DNA from: a virus
Virus record (IMG/VR): IMGVR_UViG_3300020060_000010
Span: 13,230-77,229 of that record
DNA: 64,000 nucleotides
Reading direction: 5' to 3' (one strand)
How positions within the stretch are numbered: the stretch's first letter is position 1; each line of letters begins with the position of its first letter. A model generated the notes under the pieces. It did not search any database. It saw nothing but the letters and a program-made list of their open reading frames with translations, and had not been told where the DNA came from. Shown here in pieces: positions 37,087-45,518 of this stretch. Both the position numbers and the translations under genes were made by a program.

Positions 37087-37356
37087 CTACTGCCCCTGTC
37101 CGCCCGAAAACTCATTGTCACTGTATCCGGAACGGTTAACGATCGGATAGAAACCACGGTCCTTAGCTTTAATCTCTGCCCGCGCATCTTCGATCTTATC
37201 ACGCTGTTCAGTAACTATCGCGTCAAGTTTCTCATTCTCCGCGCGGAGACGTTCAATCTCAGCATAGGCCTGTTGCACCACGTTCCGCTGACCACGAGTC
37301 AAATTATCACCGTGGTTCACTATGATGGCAAGGTTGGTCAGTAGAATGTCACTCAT
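37087..37356 (-). CDS. Hypothetical coiled-coil protein
   Basis: A..EIERLRAEN motif. Confidence 0.65.
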   Translation of the reverse strand: MSDILLTNLAIIVNHGDNLTRGQRNVVQQAYAEIERLRAENEKLDAIVTEQRDKIEDARAEIKAKDRGFYPIVNRSGYSDNEFSGGQGQ

Positions 37357-37578
37357 CGTTCACCGCTCCAGTCATGCGGCTTGAATCCACCTGTAACCAA
37401 CCAGGCATCGATCGCATCAAACTTCTCCGCAAACTCTTCTAGCAACTCTCCCGCATCGTCATCTAGAAACGCATTATTGAGTACGCGGTCGGTCAATGAT
37501 CGCAGGCTGGCAAGGGTCTGATCGGGGTCCATTTCGTTTCTCTCTTCTCTCGTTTGTTGGTCTTGGTAGTAACTTAGC

Positions 37579-38055
37579 TCAGATTCCTAGCGATGTCAAT
37601 AGCTCGGAGGCACGTTTCCAGTCCGGGTTCACGTGCCAGTCGATCACCGCGTTTGGCTTGCAGGCAGTACAGACGTAGCCACCGGAGACAGGCGCACGGT
37701 GCTTACCGTAGCGGTGTCCGTTGAGACAGACGCCGATGTACTTCGCGTCAGGGGTGGTGAGGTTATGGGTCCGCTTGCCATCCCCACCTAGCTCCAAGCA
37801 CTTAGCGCGCCACAGGGGGCCGTGTGAGTCGTTGGGTATGATGCCGTGGCTTGCCTCATGCAGGCCGATCAGGTGGAAGTCTTCCAGGCTGTTCAGGGCC
37901 GCAATCGGAGCAGACAGTCTGATCAGTCGCTTGCCAGCGTAGCAGACGCCAGCTTGACGGACAGAGTTGCTCCAAGTCCATCGATAGCTGGGGAGGTAAC
38001 CTCGCAGCAAGCTTGTGAATTCGCGGGAGAAATGTTTGAAGTCGTTTGCATCCAT
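37579..38055 (-). CDS. SprT-like zinc metalloprotease (second copy)
   Basis: AGVC......IRLS, LHEASH (HExxH), HGPLWR..C..LGG, Y...C..GH...C..C. Confidence 0.85.
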   Translation of the reverse strand: MDANDFKHFSREFTSLLRGYLPSYRWTWSNSVRQAGVCYAGKRLIRLSAPIAALNSLEDFHLIGLHEASHGIIPNDSHGPLWRAKCLELGGDGKRTHNLTTPDAKYIGVCLNGHRYGKHRAPVSGGYVCTACKPNAVIDWHVNPDWKRASELLTSLGI

Positions 38056-38066
38056 TGTCTTGCCTC

Positions 38067-38267
38067 TCAGTAAACGAAACCGTCAACTTTGCGCAGCTTT
38101 GTACGGACTTCCTCCGCCCGTACGTGACTCTGCCAGTATTCACCATACTTAGCCTTGGCGTACTGATTGGCAACCTGCTCATTGGCGAATACTAGCACTT
38201 CTCCCCATCCTGAGCAAGCCCATTCATCACAGTCGCATGGATCGGACACAAGCCATACCGTGTCCAT
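38067..38267 (-). CDS. Hypothetical protein
   Basis: GAGG RBS. Confidence 0.6.
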   Translation of the reverse strand: MDTVWLVSDPCDCDEWACSGWGEVLVFANEQVANQYAKAKYGEYWQSHVRAEEVRTKLRKVDGFVY

Positions 38268-38327
38268 TAGTCGGCATCCGAGAGACGCTCTACGAACTCT
38301 TCTGAGTCAGTTACCGTGATAAGCATG

Positions 38328-38699
38328 TCAGACCTTAGCCGCAAACCAGGTAGTGCTAGCCTCCGAGCGACGGAAGCGGGACCGCGCGCGCTCAGGATGG
38401 CCACCAAACTTAGCGGCGAACTCAGACCACGGTGCAGTCGGGAAGTGAGCCTTAAACGTATGCTCTGCCTGTCCCTTGCCATACACGTCAGACTGATCAA
38501 GGCGACGCTTGATAGAGGACTCAGGATTGAACTTGCGGGACCGGTCGCTAGCGAACTTAGCAAGCGAGCCGACAGTAACGTGGTACTCTCCGCCGGAGTA
38601 GGTAGCGACTACATCGCTATTGTGAATCGCGTCAAGCATCGTCGGGTACGAAACTCCGGCCAGCTTGGCGGACTTGATACCGTTGAAAGTGTGCGTCAT
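38328..38699 (-). CDS. Excisionase/MerR-like HTH DNA-binding protein
   Basis: SAKLAGVSYPTMLDAI..SDV.A...G.YHV; AAAGGAG RBS; operator-promoter upstream. Confidence 0.6.
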   Translation of the reverse strand: MTHTFNGIKSAKLAGVSYPTMLDAIHNSDVVATYSGGEYHVTVGSLAKFASDRSRKFNPESSIKRRLDQSDVYGKGQAEHTFKAHFPTAPWSEFAAKFGGHPERARSRFRRSEASTTWFAAKV

Positions 38700-38787
38700 G
38701 ATGGTTTCTCCTTTTGGTCTGGTCAGTCTCTCTGACCTTGTGATGGTTAATCTACCTGGGTCTGATCTAGCGTGTCAACCTAGCGTC

Positions 38788-38955
38788 TCAAGAGATGAGA
38801 CTGCGAATTCGTTTATTGTTGACAGGCGCGGACTTGTAATACGATTGGCCAACACTTCGCTTTGCATAATACCTGACCGTACGAACCGCAACATTAAACC
38901 GCTCCGCCAATTGGGTCGCAGTTTGATATGACTGTCGATCAGAACTGTGAAACAT
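38788..38955 (-). CDS. Small HTH protein (55 aa), possibly the +1-frame continuation of 38939..39022
   Basis: Hand translation MFHSSDRQSYQTATQLAERFNVAVRTVRYYAKR... Confidence 0.6.
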   Translation of the reverse strand: MFHSSDRQSYQTATQLAERFNVAVRTVRYYAKRSVGQSYYKSAPVNNKRIRSLIS

Positions 38956-39022
38956 AATACCTGTTATGACGATAGTTATCTTTGATGTACCAAATGTCTG
39001 CGGCGCTAAGTTGACTGCTCAT
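38939..39022 (-). CDS. 27-aa leaderless ORF, N-terminal half of an HTH-type domain
   Basis: MSSQLSAADIWYIKDNYRHNRYYVSQF; ATG 6 nt after -10 box TAGAGT. Confidence 0.45.
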   Translation of the reverse strand: MSSQLSAADIWYIKDNYRHNRYYVSQF

Positions 39023-39064
39023 AACCAGACTCTATCTGTCTGTTGGAAGGATGTCAAGGGAGTC

Positions 39065-39274
39065 TCACATGCTGGACAAGTGAGCCTTGCAGGTCCGGGG
39101 ATGAGTCTGGCAGACGCAACGGAACGTAGTATCGTACGGTAGCTTAGCCTTGCGCTCTATGTCGCGCTGAGAGGCAACCTCGCGTCTCTCAGCTTCCGCT
39201 TTCAGGATGTAGGCAGGCTTAAGACTGACGTAGCCACCCATGGCGGTCCCGACTCTGCCTTTACCTTTACTCAT
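39065..39274 (-). CDS. Hypothetical basic protein with C-terminal CxC...H...C...H
   Basis: Start moved to MSKGKG. Confidence 0.6.
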   Translation of the reverse strand: MSKGKGRVGTAMGGYVSLKPAYILKAEAERREVASQRDIERKAKLPYDTTFRCVCQTHPRTCKAHLSSM

Positions 39275-39394
39275 GACGTTTACCTTGATAGACTGTACTG
39301 TTGATTCAATTTTACAGCACGGCACAAGTCGAGTCCAGAGAATGAGTTGTCAGATTCCTACAAAAATACGTCAGAAAGTTTGTAGGTAAAATCA

Positions 39395-39424
39395 TTGACA
39401 AAGATTTGCCCAGTATTTTATAAT
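39395..39424 (+). promoter_or_regulatory. Perfect-consensus promoter
   Basis: TTGACA-18-TATAAT. Confidence 0.75.
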
Positions 39425-39430
39425 TGAATC

Positions 39431-39680
39431 TTAGTACTTAAATAATTACTTCGTACTCTCTCATAACTCATACATTTCTCGTTCCTCGAAATGCATAAGT
39501 TATTCAAGAATACTCAGTAATTATGAAAGAAATTTTGAAATTCATTTCGGAAAACAACAAACGAAAAAAACTAACTTAGCGGGAAAGAATTCCAGTAGTC
39601 CGAAGGACAGTTCTCTTCCGGCATACCGAAGGTAACTATCTCCGTTCCGCTTCGCTCCACTACGATAGTTGTGCTGCAAC
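39431..39680 (+). ncRNA. Candidate AT-rich structured RNA upstream of HNH gene
   Basis: Nested stems ATAATTACT/AGTAATTAT, ATAACT/AGTTAT, CATTTC/GAAATG; GTCC-GAA-GGAC; AACTATC/GATAGTT. Confidence 0.4.
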
Positions 39681-39710
39681 CACTCAATTTTTAAAATTGG
39701 TACAATGGAC

Positions 39711-40074
39711 TATGACAAAGAGACGTAGAACAAGAATTTCCTACAGAGCTAAGTACCGTAGGTACTTGAAGAGTAAAGCATGGTCTGATAAACGAAATCA
39801 GTATTGGAATTCTTCATCAACTCGAAAAACTTGTTTGTTCTGCGGAAAGAGAAGAACTCAAGCTAAGTTAGATTTACACCACCTTGATTACTCACATGTT
39901 TATAACGAACGTCTGAAAGATTTGATTCCGCTCTGTTCTATCCTTGACAGGACAGGAAACGGATGTGGAGCACACAAGACAGTAACTCTAGCTTGGTCAA
40001 GAGAGAAACGTCTACCTGTTAAAGATAGACGCACTCTCAGACAACTAACCTTTGACTTGATCCCGCTTAGATAG
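39711..40074 (+). CDS. Small HNH endonuclease
   Basis: Y..YLKS..W...R, CLFCG, LDLHH.DY..V..E.L.DL..LC...H; ATG 39711 lies 5 nt after TGGTACAAT (leaderless-type). Confidence 0.8.
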
Positions 40075-40098
40075 AGTTCACGAACGAAAGAACTGGCA

Positions 40099-40329
40099 TC
40101 AGAGCCAAAACGATTCGTATTCATACAGCCACGAACTGATCAGTGCTTCCGCATCATCCGGATCAATGGTATCCGGGTCAAGATCGACCGTGCGAAGAAT
40201 GTCGTTTGACAGGATGTCTCCGGCCCATTCTCCAGAGAGAGGATCGGATCGGTAGTCGTGACTCTTGGCGTAGGACACCGCATGCTCTTGCACCTTGGCG
40301 TCTGCCAGTCCGTACTCAAAGCCGCTCAT
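40099..40329 (-). CDS. Hypothetical acidic protein
   Basis: Start moved to MSGFEY; promoter TTGACT-17-TACGTT upstream. Confidence 0.65.
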   Translation of the reverse strand: MSGFEYGLADAKVQEHAVSYAKSHDYRSDPLSGEWAGDILSNDILRTVDLDPDTIDPDDAEALISSWLYEYESFWL

Positions 40330-40487
40330 CTGCTTACTCACGTTGTCTCCCTTGTTCTCTTCCCGCGCCTTGCGGGTGATGGGTGAAACGTATCCTGTCT
40401 GCTGACCAGAGTCAAACACCTGTCTCAAGATGTAAGATGACCCCGGCAGGGCTTGACAGATCCGGAACGAGAGAGTAGATTTCTGTC

Positions 40488-40935
40488 TATCGGGTCAAGC
40501 GAAACCGTAGGGATTGCCTCACTAGCTCAGCAGTCAGGACTAGGGTTGAGTCTCTGAGAGTAGCGCCATAGTTACTCCGGAGATACCCGTAAGTGTCGGC
40601 TTGACAGTAGGAAAGCAAGATGATAGCGTGAGACCAGAACGAACGGCCACTGTGCCACTAGTAAGGTGGTGATTATCATGACTGGGCCAGAGAAAGACTG
40701 GCACCCGAAAGCTTGACAACAGAATAGCTTGGCGGAACAATCCTGAATAAATAGGATACTCCCCAAGTCAGTCCGATATAACCAGCCGGACTATAAATGG
40801 ACTTGGTTGGGTTGCATAGCCCAATAGTATGCCGTACTGGAAATCATCCGAAAACAGAATCCCGGTGTGATCTCAGGAAACCGTCTCTACAAGCCGTAAA
40901 CCGCAAGAGACGGACCCACCTAAACTTCTATGAGA
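40488..40935 (+). ncRNA. Candidate large structured ncRNA C
   Basis: About 450 nt with no credible ORF and at least seven hand-paired hairpins, after promoter TTGACA-17-TAGATT. Confidence 0.5.
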
Positions 40936-40945
40936 GAGGCAGACC

Positions 40946-41158
40946 ATGGCCAAAGGCAAGACAAGCTCAGCACCAAAGGCGAAGTTTTACGTCCTAGTCG
41001 GCCACAACGGCACTGTGCTGCCCTTGACGGCGCTTTGTGTAGCTCACCTGACCAAAACGAATTACCTGCCGCTACAGCGCCGTTTTGACCTCTCCCAATG
41101 GGCGCAGGTCAGCGAGGGAACCTGTATCATCTGTCCGGATGACGAGACTGGGGTTTGA
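40946..41158 (+). CDS. Early hypothetical protein
   Basis: GAGAGG RBS. Confidence 0.6.
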   Translation: MAKGKTSSAPKAKFYVLVGHNGTVLPLTALCVAHLTKTNYLPLQRRFDLSQWAQVSEGTCIICPDDETGV

Positions 41159-41212
41159 CAGTCTGCCCGGTCTGTGATTAGATACAGCTATCAACTACTG
41201 AAAGGTAAGACA

Positions 41213-41491
41213 ATGGCTACCAAGGCAGACCGGGATGAGGCTATCCGCAAGTTGCAAGAAATGGCTCCGAGATTGGGAAAGGCTATCAATACGGTGATGG
41301 CGCTTGATCAGACCGCGACCCATGAGGAACTGGTCGCTAAGCTTGACGCTATGAAGCCAGGAAGTAAGGTATTCGGCGCGCGGGACGAGTACACCAAAAG
41401 CCGCGTCCGTTGGACCTCCGGCATTTGGGGTGACAGGCTAACGTCTGACGAAGTTGTCTTTCGTTGCGGCACCGGTCTGGCAGATCAGTAA
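41213..41491 (+). CDS. Early hypothetical protein
   Basis: GAAAGGTAAGACAATG start. Confidence 0.7.
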   Translation: MATKADRDEAIRKLQEMAPRLGKAINTVMALDQTATHEELVAKLDAMKPGSKVFGARDEYTKSRVRWTSGIWGDRLTSDEVVFRCGTGLADQ

Positions 41492-41682
41492 TGATCGGCC
41501 AGCGGCTCGTGATCGACCCGGTAGAGTGTGAGTGTACCGACTGTATCCTAGGCGATTCCGTGCCCGCTGACAGGCTCACAGAGCGTCGCAAGGATCGTGT
41601 GGCGCAGGATGATCCGGGTGTGATTGATCGTACCGGCTACAGTGAGCGAGACTGGGACCAAATCTTGCTGACCAGTATGTGA
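41491..41682 (+). CDS. Early hypothetical protein (CxCxxC)
   Basis: TAATG overlap with upstream stop. Confidence 0.65.
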   Translation: MIGQRLVIDPVECECTDCILGDSVPADRLTERRKDRVAQDDPGVIDRTGYSERDWDQILLTSM

Positions 41683-41892
41683 GACGGGGCTTGACTTGCC
41701 CAGTCGGCAGGCGTAGAGTAAAACTTAATAGAACAGCAGGGAAGCCGAGAGGCAGAGTAGGTCCAGGGTCAGGCCGTAAAGCGTCGGGCGGACAGAAAAC
41801 TCTCGGTAGTTTCAATTCTCGATAGCGCGACATAGAGAAATGTCTCTATCGGGAGTTGTGATTCAAAACCCTAACGAGAGATAGGCGAGACA

Positions 41893-42015
41893 ATGAAGGT
41901 TCGCGCGTTGATCGTAATCTTTTGTTCTATTGCAGCACTTATCGGCTTTCTACTGCCGCCGGACCCTTGGCAAGCAATTGCGGATGCCATTCGATCTTAC
42001 TACACTTATAACTAA
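41893..42015 (+). CDS. 40-aa membrane peptide
   Basis: Hand translation MKVRALIVIFCSIAALIGFLLPPDPW...; AGACAATG start. Confidence 0.55.
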   Translation: MKVRALIVIFCSIAALIGFLLPPDPWQAIADAIRSYYTYN

Positions 42016-42035
42016 GAAAACGAGAGGAAATCGAC

Positions 42036-42281
42036 GTGCTGACCGAATACTACCAACTGACAATCGACAGAGACAATCATCCCCGCGTCACTGAGACGTT
42101 TCCGAGCGCGCGGGAGGCGTGGACGTTTGTACTGTCTCAGTATCCTACCCTCACCACATTCTCTGCCGGACTGGCAACTGGCCTACGGATGGCCGACTAC
42201 CCGACGCGCGTAGAGTTTGACCTTGACTACAGCGGAGGATACATCACCGCGTCAGTGGAGCGTGTTGTCCCTGTCTCATGA
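42036..42281 (+). CDS. Early hypothetical protein
   Basis: AACGAGAGG RBS. Confidence 0.65.
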   Translation: MLTEYYQLTIDRDNHPRVTETFPSAREAWTFVLSQYPTLTTFSAGLATGLRMADYPTRVEFDLDYSGGYITASVERVVPVS

Positions 42282-42353
42282 TGCGGACAGGCTTGACACC
42301 GGACTGACGCGGGTATAGATTAGTTCTTACAAGCCAAACGAAAGGGCAAGACA

Positions 42354-42539
42354 ATGGGAAAGTCAAAGCGAGACCTTGACCAGGACTGGCGAAACTACGG
42401 TCCGAACGAAGGCTACGCGCAAGCGATGGCGGACCTGAGAAAGTCTGGCGCGGCAGGGTTTCATATCCCGACCCCGAATCGTGAACGCCAGAGAGGGCAG
42501 GCTACACGCCGCGCCATCCGTGACCAGTGGGAAGGGTAG
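42354..42539 (+). CDS. Early basic hypothetical protein
   Basis: AAACGAAAGG...AGACAATG start after promoter. Confidence 0.7.
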   Translation: MGKSKRDLDQDWRNYGPNEGYAQAMADLRKSGAAGFHIPTPNRERQRGQATRRAIRDQWEG

Positions 42540-42544
42540 GGACC

Positions 42545-42691
42545 ATGCTCTACATCGTCGCCAACGGCCCCACCAATGCCCGCAGGATCGCTGCTGAGCA
42601 GTCAGGCGGACGTCCGGTCAAGTTCGTTCGTACCCTGTGTGTGCCTGGTCAGGGACGCACGTATGAATTCAAAATCCTGCCCAGCATGTAA
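42545..42691 (+). CDS. 48-aa early protein
   Basis: Hand translation MLYIVANGPTNARRIAAEQSGG... Confidence 0.55.
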   Translation: MLYIVANGPTNARRIAAEQSGGRPVKFVRTLCVPGQGRTYEFKILPSM

Positions 42692-42770
42692 GATACCGGT
42701 TGACATCCCGCCGGACCTGAGATAAATTACTACCAACAGTAAAGAAACCAAAACTTTAAGGGAGAAAGAA

Positions 42771-43079
42771 ATGACCGACTTCTATGTGTCCCGCGAATCG
42801 TTCGACAACTTCACGGACGAGAATATCACTCTTGCGGAGTTGGTAGAGTCCGAGCTTACCGACAATAAGTTGCACGAGTTGCATGACAGTGACCTTGACG
42901 AGATTTACGGCACTGTGACCGTGGCGGGATATGAGTATGATACTGCCCGCGCTCTGAAGTCCCTTGACGAAGTCGCGTATAACGAGAGCTTCAATAATTT
43001 TATCGATGCGGAGTGCAAGAACACCGGTTACGGTTCGATCGTTTCCATTGACCCCGAAACGGGTAGCGAAGATTACTGA
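42771..43079 (+). CDS. Early strongly acidic protein
   Basis: AAGGGAG RBS after promoter; LDEIYG.V.VAG.EY..A.ALK..DE.AY motif. Confidence 0.75.
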   Translation: MTDFYVSRESFDNFTDENITLAELVESELTDNKLHELHDSDLDEIYGTVTVAGYEYDTARALKSLDEVAYNESFNNFIDAECKNTGYGSIVSIDPETGSEDY

Positions 43080-43164
43080 CCTCCGAGAGCTTGCTTGCCC
43101 TAGGAATGTCCCCCGCATCCTAGGGTGGGTTAGACCCCGGCAGGACCTATGAGAGGCTCACAGC

Positions 43165-43308
43165 ATGCTCTACACCATTGTAACGACTGACCGTGCAGGA
43201 CTCGTCACAGCCAAGCATGAGCGCCTGACCAAGGATCAAGCGGACGCGCTGGCACTCAGTATCGAGCTTCCTGCCGGACACAAGATCACGCGGCGAGAGT
43301 CAAAGTAG
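43165..43308 (+). CDS. 47-aa early protein
   Basis: Hand translation MLYTIVTTDRAGLVTAKH... Confidence 0.55.
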   Translation: MLYTIVTTDRAGLVTAKHERLTKDQADALALSIELPAGHKITRRESK

Positions 43309-43403
43309 AAAGAGTCTCATCATCCGGACAGGACTTGACGGCACCGAAAGACTAGAGTAGGTTAGTACTTAGAGGGAGAGAGACTCCCAAACGAGAGGAA
43401 ACC

Positions 43404-43658
43404 ATGATGACACGGCACTCCAATTGGGACGATTACCGGACCGAAGCAGAGTATTGGACGGTAGTCGACACGTTCAGCGGTCAGGCCACGGTCTACGTCT
43501 CCAAGGCAGGAGGCGGAACGATTGGCAAAGAATACTCCGGCACCTGGTACGTTGAAATTCAGCTCAACGGAGAGATCTACTGGGAGTCTATTGAAACCGG
43601 TATGCCGCACGATCACGACCGTGTTGCTAAGCTAGCAGTCGACCTTAAGTTTGATTGA
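43404..43658 (+). CDS. Early hypothetical protein
   Basis: AAACGAGAGG RBS after promoter. Confidence 0.7.
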   Translation: MMTRHSNWDDYRTEAEYWTVVDTFSGQATVYVSKAGGGTIGKEYSGTWYVEIQLNGEIYWESIETGMPHDHDRVAKLAVDLKFD

Positions 43659-43755
43659 TCGCCGTCTGAGCAATTTTGATTCCCGACTGGGGTTGACACT
43701 CAGTCGGGTTTCATGATAGCTTCAGATCAACGTCAAACCAACGAAGGATACGGAA

Positions 43756-44079
43756 ATGTTCTCAGATAAGGCAGTCGCAAAGTTCACTGTCGGAGTAGTC
43801 GCAGTTGTGGCAGTTGTGGCGGGTGGATCATGGGTCTATAACCAGAACGTCCAGAGCGCGGCGGAGGCTAACAAGCCGGTAGCGATTGACGCCTGCACAG
43901 CGGCCATCCGTTCCCGCGTCCCTGCTGCCACTGTGAGCGGCTCGGAAGCGTTCGGCTCACTGGCAGACGGCTTCACTGTGACAGGCCGTGTGAGCGTCGC
44001 AGGCGTCTCTGCCAGCTACGTCGGAGACGTGGTCAAGCGTGGCGACAGTCTAATCTGTACGATTGTCAGCGCTGGCTGA
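43756..44079 (+). CDS. Early membrane-anchored protein
   Basis: N-terminal TM, two Cys in ectodomain. Confidence 0.7.
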   Translation: MFSDKAVAKFTVGVVAVVAVVAGGSWVYNQNVQSAAEANKPVAIDACTAAIRSRVPAATVSGSEAFGSLADGFTVTGRVSVAGVSASYVGDVVKRGDSLICTIVSAG

Positions 44080-44166
44080 GACTGTCCACATCGCAAGATG
44101 ACGCCTTGACAGGCTCAGTCCGGCAGGATAGATTGATCCTAACGAACCAAACGAGAGGTTAAGACA

Positions 44167-44361
44167 ATGCGACCCTACTCTTTCTTTAATGACTCTGAAC
44201 TTGACGGACAGATCGACGCGATGCATGCCTGTGGAGAGGATCTGACCAACGTTCTCTATGAGAAGTCTCTCCGGCTGGCAGGCTTTCCGGATGCCCGTTA
44301 CAAGGCTGTCGGCTGGGGCGAGGATAAGACTTGCGAGCGCGTGGCCCCGTGGATTGACTGA
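44167..44361 (+). CDS. Early hypothetical protein
   Basis: AAACGAGAGG...AGACAATG start. Confidence 0.7.
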   Translation: MRPYSFFNDSELDGQIDAMHACGEDLTNVLYEKSLRLAGFPDARYKAVGWGEDKTCERVAPWID

Positions 44362-44483
44362 GCCTACGAAAAGGCGTGAAAAGCCTATGTTTTTGCGTAA
44401 TAAAGATATGACAGAAACTATTGACAGAGTTTGAAACTCAGATTACAATCGCACATATCAAACCACTATCTAAGGATATCGCT

Positions 44484-44762
44484 ATGAATGCTGCAGACAT
44501 CGTGATCGGCCAGGACATCATGGTAATGAAGGATGAAAGCGGGCTAGGCTTTCCGGCGGTCGTGAGCATCGTTTCTGCTAGCGTCCTAAACCATCCGAGC
44601 GGTGTCTCCCACCGTGTCATTGTGACCAATGGGGACGGGCACTACGGGGTTGGCTACGTGGTCCAGCGAGGGTCAGCCAAGCCACGGGTGATGATTCGGG
44701 AGGAAGCGGACTTCCACAATGAGTTTGCCATTTCCGACTCCGCTGACCGAGACTGGAACTAA
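44484..44762 (+). CDS. Early hypothetical protein
   Basis: Start moved to MNAADI; TAAGGA RBS; promoter TTGACA-17-TACAAT. Confidence 0.65.
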   Translation: MNAADIVIGQDIMVMKDESGLGFPAVVSIVSASVLNHPSGVSHRVIVTNGDGHYGVGYVVQRGSAKPRVMIREEADFHNEFAISDSADRDWN

Positions 44763-44912
44763 TTTTCAGTAGCCCTTGACAGGCAACCGGCGGGCGTGAC
44801 ATGATGAAAGCTTAGCCTCAAATCGGCAGTCCAAGATGTGAGACAGGCACTTGACTCCCTAGGCGGGTAGGGAGTAAGCTACAGTTAACGGATCGAAACA
44901 AGGGGAGAAATC

Positions 44913-45086
44913 ATGAGCAAGCAAAGCGTACTGAACCGGATCAATGACTTTCTCAACGGCATGGCTGACGGAGTCGCGGCGGAGGTAGTCAAGGATACTG
45001 GCCTGGTCTACGTGGCGGGTCAGGGTGCCCTTGACGCTGACCAGTACGCGGAGTACCTCGCGGGAGAAGAGACGTCCACATCCTGA
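44913..45086 (+). CDS. 57-aa early protein
   Basis: Hand translation MSKQSVLNRINDFLNGMADG...; AAGGGGAG RBS. Confidence 0.6.
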   Translation: MSKQSVLNRINDFLNGMADGVAAEVVKDTGLVYVAGQGALDADQYAEYLAGEETSTS

Positions 45087-45157
45087 GATAGCACTTGACC
45101 AGGCAGGACAGACAGAGTAGGCTACAGCTAAGAAGTCAAACACACCAGGGAGTCAAA

Positions 45158-45418
45158 ATGTTCGAATTGCGAATCGTCGGAGGAAGCATCCGGAAGCCGG
45201 TTGACCACACGGAAGAGTTTGACTCGGTCGAGGCAGCATGGAGCGCGGCTGGACAGATTACCAAGGCTTGCCAGTATGATTTGGGATACATGCGAGCACT
45301 AGGTCAGCACGGCAACACGGACGTTCTGCACTCGGTTGAGACCAACGCCGGATTGACCTACCGGGTGAGTGTGACCGGACCGGATCAGGTTGCAGGCAAG
45401 CCCCAGACTGACCGGTAA
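45158..45418 (+). CDS. Early hypothetical protein
   Basis: Start moved to MFELRI; AGGGAG RBS. Confidence 0.65.
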   Translation: MFELRIVGGSIRKPVDHTEEFDSVEAAWSAAGQITKACQYDLGYMRALGQHGNTDVLHSVETNAGLTYRVSVTGPDQVAGKPQTDR

Positions 45419-45518
45419 CGAGTTGTCCACGATGTGAGATCCGGGCTTGACACTGAGCCCGGACTCACGTAAGTTTTGTCTTAGCGGGAGAGATAGTCTC
45501 TCCGGCAGAGAGGTAGAA

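Noticed and set aside
34800-38699. Integrated satellite or prophage boundary around the DUF3631 and excisionase-like genes
   Set aside because: No integrase or att-like repeats seen, and these genes share the phage-wide operator-promoter motif.
39711-40074. IscB/OMEGA RNA-guided nuclease
   Set aside because: The protein is about 120 aa with no RuvC or PLMP motifs; kept only as a generic HNH with an adjacent RNA.
40741-40913. Group I intron core (GGACTATA resembles R) or group II domain V (AGCCGT...ACGG)
   Set aside because: GGACT pairs locally with AGTCC rather than with a downstream S element; the DV-like pairing is poor and competes with a stronger stem; no interrupted gene flanks it.
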